Shown here: positions 24,021 to 37,014 of the stretch, one piece after another
Layout of the letters: each line of letters begins with the position of its first letter
Position numbering within the stretch: position 1 is the first letter of the stretch
Assembly (NCBI GenBank): GCA_034780895.1
Contig: JAUZTB010000107.1
Location: 17,820,912 to 17,884,911 of the forward strand
Direction: 5' to 3'
Origin: Rhynchobatus australiae
Taxonomy: Eukaryota
Length of the DNA: 64,000 bases
Made by a program: the position numbers and the translations under genes
The notes under the pieces: model-generated
Told to the model about the DNA's origin: nothing
The model's input: the letters and a program-made list of their open reading frames with translations, nothing else
The model's database searches: none

Positions 24021-24724
24021 CGTGATGATATAATTAGGGAACCCTGTCAGGGAACATTTGACCTTGAGATTCTTGGCTGAATCATGTTGCCTGTAGCATT
24101 CAAGGGCTGTCAGCCTTGGGCTCATACTGACTGGTTTCTGCTTGAGTCAGCCCAATATGCTCACAGTGCTCCCAACAAAGGCAGTGTCTTTGGAAGGTTG
24201 TAATCATTGAGCAATGTTCATGTACAACAGATTAGCATTGTTCCTAATGCATGGAGAAGATATTTAAGGATCAGATTTTTTAACCTTTTACTAGGAGCTT
24301 TTGTGTCAAATTTTGCCTTGTTTTGGAGATTTTACTTAATTATGAAAAACCATAATTAAATCTGTTGCTAAATATCTGCCCGCTCAATTATGTTATCCCT
24401 CTGTAGGATAGTTAAAATTACATTGAATCTTCAGAATTTCTAATTTTATTCAACGCTTCTACTTTCTAATCCTAAACCCTCAGCACCTGTTGCCATGATG
24501 ACGTAACTCAAAATATCAGATGGCCCTTTATCCACAGTTACCTTATGTCAGATTCATGGCCTCTTGGCCTTGCTCACTAACCTTTATTGGTGTCTATCAC
24601 AGTTAGCTTATGAAATGTTGGCCACTGCTGCTCACTTGGAACAAAGGACCTACATGTCTACATTGAACAACATCCAGTGGTACAAATTTCTTTCAGCAGG
24701 ATTTGGAAAATCAAATGCTGCTAA

Positions 24725-24930
24725 CACTAAACACTGCAAATGCTGGAAGTCCAAAATCAAAATGCTCTAAATACTTGGCAGGTCAGGCAGCAACTGTACT
24801 AAAAGAGACAGGGTTACCATTTCAGATTGATGATCTTTCATCAGAACTGTTCTGATGACAAGTCATTCCCTTTGTCCATCCGTCCCTCCGGTCTGACCTG
24901 AGTATTTCCAACACTTCCTGTTCATAATTT
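24725..24930. mobile_element. Inverted pair of Penelope pLTR-derived repeats
   Basis: Minus copy 24725-24847 and plus copy 24849-24930 meet at the perfect inverted repeat TCATCAGAAC-T-GTTCTGATGA. Confidence 0.65.
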
Positions 24931-25313
24931 AAAGTAAATGCAGGAGTTGGGTTATAGGCCACCAGAAGTGTTTCAAAAGATGGAAGGTCAACACTGTAGG
25001 CAATTTTTTTCAACAATTATACTTGTATTATCTTTTTTAAAAAATAATAGAACTCTTCCCTCTCTAAAACAAAATTACACTCCCGATCCTTGTCATTTCT
25101 TGTGCATGTTGTATCAGGCTGTCACTGCAGTTCTGCTCCATCTCTCTCAGAATCCACACAGCTACCATTTGCTTCTCTCTGTTCATTTAAGTCTCTACCA
25201 GGGCAGCTCTGCTCAATTGCAGAATTGTTTTGTCAGTTCTCCTCTGCTTTACCACCCAACTATTCTCCAATATTTTAAAACCAAACTCAGCTTTGGATTC
25301 AACCCTCAAAATT

Positions 25314-25560
25314 GGGGCGGCACAGTGGCATTGCAGGTAGTGCTGCTGCACCACAGTTCCAGGGACTCTGGTTCGATCCCGATCTCAGAGTTTGTCCGTG
25401 TGAATTTCACCCTGATCTCAAAAACATGGTGTTGGTTCATAGGTTAACTGATCACTAGAAGCTACCTCTAGTGTAGGCAGGTGTAACAGAATGATGGTCA
25501 TGTGAAAGAGAATGGGATTGATCTGAAAGCCAAGTGGCCTCTTTCTACATTGCAGGAAAG
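25314..25560 (+). mobile_element. Degenerate tRNA-derived SINE
   Basis: gggcggcacagtggcattgcaggtag...ggttcgatccc head with A/B boxes. Related to 35503-35850. Confidence 0.65.
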
Positions 25561-26654
25561 TACAAGAAAATGTACCTCAATCCTGACTGAACGCCCATCT
25601 TGATGTGTTCACTTCTGCATCATCATATTTTATATTGGGCTCCCCAGGCAGTTTCACATTCCATTTTGCAAACACCAAATGTAGGAAGAGCCATTTAACA
25701 GCTCTTAGTGTCATTCCTTCTTTCCACAGTACTCACTCCAACTCACATGGCTGGAATGAAGGGGGAATCAGAATGGCACAGGAAAGAGACAAAATTAAGA
25801 GATGGAGTGACACAGAATAAGTGACATAACTGAGGCAAAGGTGACAGAAGGCAGCCTCCCAACTTACTGTGAAGTATTTAGAATGTACAATGTGTCTAAA
25901 ATCTAACACAGCAACGCTTACAGTCAATATTTCCATTACGTCTCCATTTTTAGGGAAAAAGTAGCTATTGCAAGTTTACCAAGCTGTGGTTGCAAACTTC
26001 TATCAATGGCAAAACTGGGACAGGAGATAGGAGAGCAACACCTTAACAGCAAGTTTCCAGCATCACTGCTAACACTTGAATGTATGAGCTTTTCATTTGT
26101 ATTTTTCAAAACATGGAATTTTAAATTATTGACCTGATCCACTTACTACCGACTTTGCCTGAAAACTACACTGGCTTTCATTCTTTATGTGCAGCACTGA
26201 CAGGCATCAGAAATAGACTAAATTTAAGATAAATATTTAAATCATTATCACTTCATTAATTTCAAAAATTGTCTTAATTCAGAATCTATAAACTACATTT
26301 ATATGCTGATTAGTTTTGTGTACTAAATTTGATAAATAAAGTTAAAAGAACTTCTTTCATACAAAAGACATTCTGATAATGACATAAAACAGCCTGAAGC
26401 ATTTAACTCAGTGAAGGAAGTGTCCATTTTAAAAAAGCATTTCGTGGCTTTAGTTCTTAAAGAACAAGTACTTAATGATATTTATTGAGAGTATAGTTTG
26501 ATTTATCTGGATTGTACTCTGAAATTTTAAAACCTACATACCGGATACAACTGAGAACTAGCAAGATCAGGATTTCCTCATTTATCCAGATTTTCTGGTT
26601 GAAACTGAAGTAAACTGCTGATGTAACTAGAACAGAAGTTTGATTTGGATTCAA

Positions 26655-27420
26655 CCCAACAACAACTTGTATTTATATGGCACCCTCAACACAGTAAGAT
26701 TAAGGCACTCCAATAGTAACTTTTATTTAATAAATTTAGTAACACAAGGATATTAGTGCAGATGATGAAAATCTCAGTCAAAAGGAGGAAACCGATTATG
26801 GTGATATCTAGGGTGGTGCAATTCCAGAGCTTAGAGCCTTAACAGCTGAAGAAAAAGCAGCAAGGGTGGAGCAGTTAAGATTGAGAATACTCATGCAGCA
26901 GAAAGAAAGAAAGTGGAGATGTCCAGAAGAATTACAGGAGTGGAAGGATTACTGATTTGGGGACTGAAGATCTTGGATGAGTTTGATAACCTGTACAAGG
27001 ATGAGAACATGCAAAAGAAAAACTGATTAAATAGAGCCAATACAAGTTCAAGGTGGCTAGTGAATGCAAGGACACATTTTGGATGACCTCCAGTTTACAA
27101 AGGATAGAACATAAGAGGCAAACTAGATGCATGTAGAGTCTAAAAGATAACAAAGTGATGTTTTCAGGAGCAGACAACCAGAGAAAGGGCAAGGTGAAAT
27201 GGTGGGGCCAGTCCTGGTGAGAAATATTCTGTAGTCTGAAGCTCACCTCAGGGTCAAATATTACATCAAGATTCCAAACAATCCAATTCATCCTCAAATA
27301 GCTGCTAATGAGGAGGATAGAGCTGGTGACTGAGCAATGAATGTCAGACATTAGCTTGATCTTCCCAATTTTACACAGAGGGAAATGTTGTTCTTCTAGT
27401 ATTGGATGCAAGGCATCCTC
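26655..27420 (-). mobile_element. L2 LINE 3' fragment
   Basis: Tail caacaacttgtatttatatggcacc. ORF 26932-27411 has the decayed V.NL.VIFDP..SF and KLEVIQN L2 motifs. Confidence 0.65.
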
Positions 27421-29098
27421 AATGACATTCTGGTCTATAACTCCATTAGAAGCTGCCTTTTAAAGTGATTTAAAGCAGACTATAGCTAGAATTACTCACG
27501 TTTTCTTGTCTGTTTTGGATTAATGGCTAGCTGTCTCATAACACTGCGCTTGTTCTTTGTATTACAGGATACCCCCATGTTATGGTGGGGGGGGGGGGTG
27601 GTGCTGTGCTGAGTTCCTTGAAAATGGTCTATATAGTGATTTTATTTTTGTAACACCAAGCCACCTCATCTGCGCATGCACCCAGAAATGAGTTGAAAAT
27701 GAAAATTTACTTTTCCCACAAGAGCGAATTTTATTCCGCATCTGAAATTTTTGGGAAGTGATTTGTGAATTCTGTTAGGGCAAATTACCTAAATGGCTGT
27801 AACACAGGGGGTTGCCTGTAATTGTATTCCTTTTCTATTATTAATTCATGTTAGTAGTTTAATGTTCTTTAAATAAACAATGTGGTTATTTTAATCAAAT
27901 CTTACACAGTTGCTATTCTAACAAACAGCAAAGCACTCTGCATTTTATGCTCAGGCCAATGTAATTTGAATTACCCAATGCAACCTGGCAGCTTCTTTTT
28001 CCTTTAACGTAAAAGGAGTGAGAAAATATAATAGCAAGCTAAGAGGAGCTCATGGCAAAAAGAGGAAAATTTGATTTTCCTGCCTACATATTTGCAATTA
28101 AGACTAAATAGATGTTACAATGATATGCAAAAGTGAAATGGGAGAAGGACATGTGACAGGAGGCAATAGATAGTAGTCCTTACAGACAAGGATAAAAAGG
28201 AGAGAACTTTTGTAGGAGGTTCCCAATAGTATGCAATTCCAGATGAGAAATGAAGACTCCTACCAATTCATAGAGCAATGGTGAAATAGGGGTGGAAGGG
28301 GTGAGGGGAACCAGGAGCTTATTACACTGGTGGCATTATGATCCATTTAATCATTGTGCAATAAGATATTGTTCCAGGTATCAGTAATACAGTGTGATAA
28401 GATGACATCAGTTTAGTTTGTGTAATTAATAGCTGTACACAAATTGAAGCTATTCTCCAAGCAACTTGCTGATCTGAAATACTATATAACCTGAAATAGT
28501 TAACTTCTTTTTTGATGAAAGGGTGAAAGTACTTAGAAGGAAAATGGATTTCCTGACAATATTTTAAATTCTACATCAGTTTTGATGAGAACACCATTTT
28601 ATTTCTTCAGTGGGTGTGTTGAAACAACAGTGCAAACTAAAAGCCACAGGAGAAATGTGAAAGATCTTTTCTCATGACCTATATTGGCTGCAGCTGAAGC
28701 CCAGATGCAATGGGTCTGCTTTGTTAATTCACATTCACTTGGCATTACAGTACCATATTGTTGCCAGTTGTTGGGACTATCCAAAACCAAAGGTTGCCCA
28801 TGTAAAAGCTACTTTCTCTGCATACAGTCACCACTATATTTTAGTAGAGACAGAAATGCTTTGTCAACCCTATTTAAGTATTTGATAAGAAATCTGTACT
28901 AACTTAATAATGCATACTTAGTAATTTTAGCCCAATACAAAAGCTTGGCCTTTACTTGAAGAGAGTGTTGAAATGATCAAGAGAAAGCTGTACAGATGGC
29001 AAGTACTGTATTTTGTTAAAAAATAAAACAGAGGGCCCAAGGGCATGACTGGATTGAGTTAGATTGCTTGCATAAACATCAGTGAAAATGCAACTTAC

Positions 29099-29222
29099 GA
29101 TTTGAGGGTCTCCTGTAGCTTTGGGGCATTGCTGGAACACAACCACTGTGAGCAACAGGGCAATGGGAAAGGTTGCAGTTACGATTGTTACCAGATGCGC
29201 ATGTAATTACAGACGGGCGATT
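29099..29222 (-). CDS. VGLL4: vgll4 coding exon 4, NRPSVITCASGNNRNCNLSHCPVAHSGCVPAMPQSYRRPSN
   Basis: Lies within ORF 29079-29270. Acceptor ttcag|, donor C|gtaagt, 124 nt, phase 0 to 1. Contains the RPSVITC motif of VGLL4. Confidence 0.96.
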
Positions 29223-29659
29223 CTGAATGGACAAAAACAGTGCATTAGTACAGTTCCAATCAACAATCAAATGCTTAATAATAGCTTACATGAAGCCCTA
29301 AATGCATGGCACTGGAGCCCAAGTTTCATTGTAAAAAAAACTAATGCAGGGTCAATTATTTTAAAATCCATTTGCTATTTAGCGACTATCATTAGCAGAG
29401 CTGCTTTATACAATCTAACATTCATCCATTCCATTTTGATAAAACACAGGAGTGATGCAGAATCAATAGGATTCACNNNNNNNNNNNNNNNNNNNNNNNN
29501 NNNNNNNNNNNNNNNNNNNNNNNNNNNNNNNNNNNNNNNNNNNNNNNNNNNNNNNNNNTATATCCTTGTTACATATTTTAATGTGCTAGCTTGGCTCCTA
29601 ATTGTGAGTCACACTATTTTGACTGTGTGAATTTAATGCATGAACTAGGCTTAAAAGTT

Positions 29660-29935
29660 ATGCTGCTCTGTTGGAGGTGCCGTTTTTCAGATGAAACAGC
29701 AGTCCCCCTATAAGAGTATGGAGGATGTAAAAGACATCACAACACAATCCAAAAGATTATGCCAGTCTCCTGGATAACTTTCTCAATCAACAGTACAGAT
29801 ATTACCAATTGCACATGCAAACTATCTGTAGCAGTGACCAACCACCAATGGCTGCACTCAAAGTAATCAATAACTGTAAAGTGCTTTTGGATATACTGAG
29901 AATGCAAATAGTGCTATATGCATGCAAGATTCCTT
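29660..29935 (+). mobile_element. DeuSINE (SacSINE1/AmnSINE1-related) remnant
   Basis: Deu-domain-like tgctgctctgttggaggtgccgtttttcagatga...ggatgtaaaagac and tail gtaaagtgcttttgg...gtgctatatgcatgcaag. Confidence 0.6.
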
Positions 29936-32379
29936 TTCTCAGGAAACTAGTTACATCATATTAAGTCCAGTTATACTTTTTTTCATTTTTGATAACAGAT
30001 CACTTTGGAAGCTCAGAAGGAAGAAATTCAGAAAATCTCAAAAATAACTGAGCACCTTTAACGTCAGCAGCATTTATCAGTCTGAACTGGACACATGTAG
30101 CTTCTCTTTTTCACAAACAATTAAGAAAATGGAATTTCAGACCACAGCAAGGAATCTAACTGGCTTCATAAGATGTTTTAAATTCCCCAAATTTCCAGCC
30201 AGAACATTTAAGGCACTTGCACTGCCCCTCCATAGTTTATGCACTTTGTCTTAAAGCCTTGGAAAACAGCGTTAATTTTGAAAGCCAGACTGCTAAAAGA
30301 CCAAACTTGCATTTAACTAGCACCTTTCAAAACTTCAGAATGATTCTAAGCACTTCAGAACCAAAGTATTGCTGATGCTACAATACAGGGAAGTTTTATA
30401 GGATCTGCACATATAAGGTGCATACCATATTTCACCCATCTATTTTTTTTAGTGCAAAGCATACCAATTTAGCAATGGTGCATCCAGTTTATCCAGACAC
30501 TGATCCCACTGCAGTGATCCATGGGGTTTGGGCAGTTGAAACAAGCACTGAGCTCCTAATGCTTGTTGAAGGATCCCAGTCAGAAATTAGTCAGCAATGA
30601 GCCTACCTCACTTGGGAATCATCAGTAGTTCCAATAATTCACTAACATAACACAGGAAGGTGGTGACACTATCCTTGCCTTCCTGAAAGAACTGTTCTGA
30701 GGAGGAAGAGGAGCAGGGGTACTCTTCCACTGCAGGATTTATGATCAATCCTTTCCCCTTAAAAATTAAAGTCACTACTTAGCATAATTAATGACAGGAG
30801 CAAGAAAGTAAAGCTATCAAATTATAACTAAGAATCAATTTTCAATTGATGCTCTTGTTCCAAGCACTCTGCCATTTGTGCAACACCAAATTTGGGCACA
30901 AAAGTGGGGCAGATTTTGGTTTGGAACAATGTTTCATTGGTATCCAGTGGGATGAGTGATGCTAGATGAAAATAAACGTTAAGCAGAGAATTCTCCTATT
31001 CCTTTCTAAAGGCTGCTAGTGAATCATTTAGGTCCTCTGGAAACCACAGACATGGTTTAACAACATCACTAATGTTGCAGCATTCCCTCAATACTGAATG
31101 TGTTTTGGAAAATAATCACTTAGTGTGCTCTAGTTCAGCAGTGCTCAGAAAATTATTTTGCTTCGGGGAGAAATTGCATTAGTATCCAATTTAAATACAA
31201 TTTGCCAAATGCTTTTATGGAATGGACTATAATGGTGTATAGTGCACCAAGGTAGCAGTGTTTCTATTAAAGCTGCAATGGTCTCTAAAATAGTGAGGGT
31301 CTTTGCTTCATAAACAGGTAAACATTGACATTTCAAACATAATGAATTTGATTCCTCCCTCTGCCCCAACTCTCTCCATTATCCTGTATCAAGCCAAATG
31401 CCAATATGTAGCATTCTGCAGATGATGATGCAGTGGAATCTGTCCTACAGCAGGACAAATATAATGCCTGCAGCAACAAACTCCAGTGCCTCAAACTTAT
31501 TCTCATTTTTATTCTTTAGTGCCATTTTCCCTGTAGTAAAAAAAAGTGTATGCATAGATTGCCAGAAACTAAGAATGAACCTGAATTTAATGTACCTTTC
31601 GCAGAATGTGCGATAAGAGTAGCTGTAAGTACAGTTATGGGTAATTTTAGAGGGAATTTTAGCAGCTAACGTTCACTTAATTCTTCAGTCATGGGATTGA
31701 GAACTAGTTAATCAGTGTTTGCTAACAATTCACAATGAACAATGGCTAGAACAGAGGCAATAATCTTCATCCAAAGGAGTGGTGTCATCAGGTTTTTAAA
31801 ATTCATATAAATGGACTGGCAGTATGCCTCAGTTTAAAAATCTCATTCAACCAAAGGCATCTCTGCTTGTAATGGCTCTCAAGCATCAGCCCAGCTTATG
31901 CCCTGGCAATGGAACTTGCATACACAGTCCACCCAACAAGGAGACAAGACTGCTGCCAACCAAGTCAAATCAACACTGAGGCATTGCTATGGTCTCCAGA
32001 ACAAAAATGCAATACACAGTTGCCTGGCAATGGGTTTCTGCAGTTCTACCTTCATAGCAGTGCTGTAACACAAGGGCAAAATGACAATGTATACATTGCT
32101 TTGTTGAAAAATGTAGATGGGCACAAATATAGTTAAGGGTGAGGAGGTGAGTTTATTATTAATACTAGATATGATAAAATTCATTAGTTACCATGCAAAT
32201 ACAATGGACAGATCAGTGAATAGCAAGGTACTAGTTCAGCTTTCTAGTTCTCCCACAAAAGATGAAGCCTTCATTACCCATGGTGGAGATGTGCCAATTC
32301 TCACCACAGGACCAAGAAAACAGTAGAAAAAAAAGATTTTGCTAAATGCAAAACCAAACAAAAAGGTCAGTGTTTATAC

Positions 32380-32596
32380 CTGCTGTCGTTCCACACCAAT
32401 GCTGACTGTCCTAGTTGTATCCATACTATTTTTGGTCAGTGCTAGAGGCTGTTCCATCGACATACTTGGTAGTCCTATGCCAGCATAGGCATGATTACTG
32501 AGATGGCTCATGGTTGACATTGCAGCACGTTCTATTGGGCTCCGGCTTCGCTCTCTGTGTTGATCTTTACGAAAATCCCCATTGACAGGTTTGGTC
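32380..32596 (-). CDS. VGLL4: vgll4 coding exon 3, TKPVNGDFRKDQHRERSRSPIERAAMSTM...EQPLALTKNSMD...ERQQ
   Basis: Lies within ORF 32374-32652. Acceptor gcag|, donor CAG|gtataa, 217 nt, phase 2 to 0. RERSRSPIER and EQPLALTK (PxDLS-like CtBP motif) are typical of VGLL4. Confidence 0.96.
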
Positions 32597-35229
32597 CTGC
32601 ATAAATGGATTTTGTTAGTACTTGCTATATACATAACACTACTAGAAAACAATCTATAACTATCTTGTTTACTTTCAGTAAACTAGCAATGCTCATCTGA
32701 AATAGAACCATATCAGATTTTTGTATTGTTAACAACTTGAATCAATGTGTTTAAAGAAGATACAAATGACATAGGTAAGGGGGAGAAAGCAGGGGAGAGC
32801 TGACTAGAAGAAACAGAAAAACTATAAAATTAATAAAGTCAACAGCAGGAAAATGTTGATCAATTAATAATAATGGAAACATCAGTGGATCACATTCAAA
32901 TAACTTAGCAGCCCAAGTCCCAAAATGTTACTCAATCTAATTCTGTAAATGCAGAATTCAAAGAGCCATTCATCAGGATTACACCAAGTCATTTAATGGC
33001 TTGTAAAATTTAAAATCACATTTCAATTTGCTCATTCAGATTTTTAAATATACATTGTTAAAAAAGGATATAAATACCCTCTGGATCCTAATTATAATCT
33101 CTGAATGTCACAGTATTTCATGCTAGCAATCATTTTCCAAAATACTGCTAAACAATTGATTCCCATCTTGCATAATAATATTGATTACAACAATGACAAT
33201 CCATGGATCACTGGCACCTATTTAAAAAACACCAGTTGGCCTACAAGCAGTTTTAGCAACATGAACATAAAGAGTGCACAACCAATTAAATACGATTCCC
33301 CACTTATCATCTGCTGGGGTGTACATTTATCAGCAACAAACATATTCCCCAATCATTCCTCTCCGTTTATTATGTCTTGATATTGCTCTCAATTGGGCTC
33401 CAGCCACAATGTTCCCAGGCTTTACAACACCGCTTGTAACACCTGAAGAGATCAACTGAACTGGTTAATACTAAGAACTGAATCCTATGTTATAACTTTC
33501 CCAAAGCCATGCAGGGGAGGAGGAAGGTGGGAGACAAAAAGCAGAACCACAGATTTGAGATCACATACATTTTAGTTCTCAAATGTCATTAGTCAATCGC
33601 ACTGCAAGTTTAGTAAAGGAAGTAACAATACAATTTATTGATTGCTGCATGCATTCTAGCTATAAATTTAAAAAATCATGTAGTGAAACCATTTGAGATT
33701 GCAATCTCTCTTAATAAAGGGGCTTTTGCTAAATAACCCATGCATCCATAGTGTTAAACTGGAAGAGCTGTTGGCAATGACAAACAATGCCAGTCTTTAA
33801 TAGTTGGAACACCAGCATTGCTTATTAAACTGAAAAGTGCCCTTTTAATAGCCATATGCTTTTACTTAAAAGAAAACAAATCAGTTTCTTCATTTTCTGG
33901 TGGCTAATTTTTTTGACCATTTGTTATAAGCAATCAATATAGGTACCATACAGGGACACAGGCTGTGCGGTTTGCAGTTAAATACTTAGGCAAATATACA
34001 TGCAGAGAAAGTTCAACTCTTAAGCACTGCATAAAACCACCTAACTTACCGGAACAATATCTGCTCTGTCGAATTGAGTTGCATTTAAACTAGCAGTACA
34101 AATCAAACCTATACCTCTTTCTACTTAACAACATGCAGTTATCTGTGAGAACAGTCTTAAAATTTCCTTTCCTCAAGAAAATGGAATTCAACCAACGAGC
34201 ATAGAATTTTGGAAACTCGGGGAAATGATGTAAGCATTAAAATGGCTTATTGCTGAAGGGCAGTAAGTATTGACCATGGTATTCTTTCTCAGTAAAATCC
34301 TCCCTTCCTTCCTTTCAGTTAACCTCAAATTTTCCCTAGTGTAAAAAATTACATGCATTCAAATGGTTCCTCTTTCTGTCATGTGTTTTTAAAAAGCCAG
34401 TGAGAAATGTTTAAGCCATGAGTCCAGCAATGGTGGCAAACACAATCTCCAGCACTGAACCAGAAAGAACAGTAAAAGGGTAACATTAAAGAAACTAGTT
34501 GGTGCTTGAGAATCTTTTCAAAGCAGTAATGATAAGATTAAGACTGAAATGTTCAAGCTTTTCTTTTGCAATTGATGATATAACGCAGCCTCCACTTCCA
34601 AGTGTTAATACCACAGTGGTTGTGATTTATTTTGCATGTAAAATATAGATTAATATATCTGTTAATCTGCATTTCCTGAAAATTACATCCACCAATTTTG
34701 TTCCCTTCCTACAGGATGCCCCTCCCTGACTTCTTGGTATTCCAGACCAGAAGTTTTTCATTACCATCAACTCTCGCCCCATGTCATTTTCCACAAGCAG
34801 AGTGAGAGAAAGAAAATCAAAATACATGTTCAGCAAAGAGATAGATGAACATAAGCGGTATCCCACCTCAGATTTATGGGTGGTTTGGCAGAATGGGAGT
34901 CATCTATTTACAGAGTGGTCCAGCACCCTCGTGACTACTTTAACAATCACATTTCTTCTAGTCCGTAATAAATCACACTGCTCTTCAAAAATATGTGCAA
35001 TTTACAAAGACAAAAATGCAATAAAATGAACTTGGGCAAGGTTCTTGAGCAACCAGCACCCTTATCAGTATGAATTGTGGAGTAAACTTAAGGTATTCAA
35101 TACTATACCATATTATCAAATCATGTAATAACTCTTAAGCACTGGGAAAGCAGCATCAGTACTTTCAACTTCAAAGTAGTTGACTACTACAAACTTAAAT
35201 CAAGCTCCCAAGTACCATTCCTTGATCCA

Positions 35230-35370
35230 TCCCTTCCCCTCACTTCTTTATAGTGGCTATGTCCCCCTTACTCTTTCAATCCAGATGAAGGGTCTTGACC
35301 CAGAATGTCAACTGTCCATTTCCCTCCACAGATGCTACCTGACCCACTGAGTGCCTCCAGCATTTTCTAG
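35230..35370 (+). mobile_element. Penelope pLTR-derived repeat with a decayed hammerhead core
   Basis: cagatgaagggtcttgacccagaatgtcaac...ccacagatgctacctgaccc...cagcattttct. Confidence 0.65.
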
Positions 35371-35502
35371 CTCCTAATTTAAGCTTACAGCACCTCCCTG
35401 ATCATACAAAGAATGTCACAGAAATATTTCACAACCAATGAATTATGGGAATACTACCAAGCTGTACAACTCCAAAAATAAAGGAACCAAAATATTTCAA
35501 TC

Positions 35503-35850
35503 CACAGTGGCACTGCAGGTAATGCAGCTGTCTCACAGCTCCAGCAACCTAGGTCCAATTCCCAACTTCTGGCACTGTCTAAGTGGTGTAAGCATTTTCT
35601 GTGACCATGTGGGTTTCCACTGGGTGCTTCGGTTTCCTCCCACAGCCCAAAGATGTACTGGTTGTTGGGTTAACTGGCAACAGTAAATTACCACCAGAGT
35701 AGCTGGGTGGGGAGAGAATTAGGGAATTGTTAACAAGCATGTGAGAGAGAATAGGTTACAGTGAAATAAATAGAGGAATGGGATTGATTGTTGGATTGAT
35801 CCGAGAGCCAGCATATACTTGAGGGGCCAAATGGCCCCCTTCAATGCCAT
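35503..35850 (+). mobile_element. V-SINE
   Basis: tRNA-like head, V-domain (gtgggtttccactgggtgcttcggtttcctcccaca) and a CR1-like tail (gggccaaatggccccct). Confidence 0.75.
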
Positions 35851-37000
35851 ATGGAGAAAGCCTTCAGCTATATAAATACCAGTTAGAAATTTATCAGAAT
35901 AGTTGTGGAAAAAATACTGGTCCATCTTCAAACTTTACAATTACTTATGTCACAGTCAATATGATTGGAAACATGCGTCAATGCAACATCACCTCAAAGT
36001 AGGGAGAAGAGGGGCAACCTCCGGAAACAAATCTGTTGCCTCTAAACCAAATCATAAACTGACAGAATAGATTATCTTTCAGTATAGAATATGTACACAA
36101 ACAATTTTTAATCCACCTCATTACTTTTATACTAGTTGAGATGCACATCACATGATTACGTGCCCAAAGTTGCACTACATAGTAATCAATATTATCACAA
36201 TACAGAAAATGTAATCACTCTTTAAACAAAATACACCTATTGCAAGAACATTGTTAAAATTGTAATCACAAAACTGTGTTCTTAAATTGTGCCTTGTTTT
36301 GAAAAGATGATAAATATAAGTAGTGCCACATCTGCTGGTTTTGCTTTGTACAGTATTCTCTCTCACACACCAGACCTATAAATCTGCCAGACTCTAAAGG
36401 GGGCCCAGACAGGGTTCACATTCTGCACCATGCATAGAGTATACATACAAAGGAAAAAAGCTTCATCAACAATTTCTGTACTAGGACCTTAAAGTGTTAA
36501 TTTGTCAAGTACTAATTAAACTATCAGATCTAAGATGCATATTTTTCTAATTGCTTAAAACTAATAATGTTAAATAGATGGTTACACATCGGATTGCTTT
36601 CTTCTTTAATGAAAATATAGCACAAAATAAATAAATTATCATTATTTCCATGTGTGCATATAGTGTGGTCATAAAATTGGGTGAAGATCCTAACATACAG
36701 AAAGTTTGCTTTGAAGATTACCAACTGGTATCTTTCTACAAAAGTTAATTGCGATTCCAGGTGAAATGCAACTTCCAGTTAGTCAAACTTGGTGTCTTAG
36801 GATCTGAAGCAAGAACAGTATCTTCACCAATCACTAGTGCTTGTGATCTAATGGTACGGCAGGGAGATTGGTGTTCACAGCTGAACAAATAATTTTACTT
36901 CTACAGAACACACTGACTCAAACTTCAAAATTAATTGCAGCTGAACATGGAACTACCATCTGTTTTTTTAAAAAATAGAATGGAAGGTTTTGGTACTAAC

Positions 37001-37014
37001 CTCACTTTAATCAT
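37001..37014 (-). CDS. VGLL4: vgll4 alternative internal first coding exon (MIKV-R) for a short 211-aa isoform
   Basis: acaATG ATT AAA GTG AG|gttagt. Phase 2 joins exon 3 (AG+G = R) to give MIKVRTKPVNGD, matching the recalled human short isoform start MIKVRNKTANGD. Confidence 0.8.
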
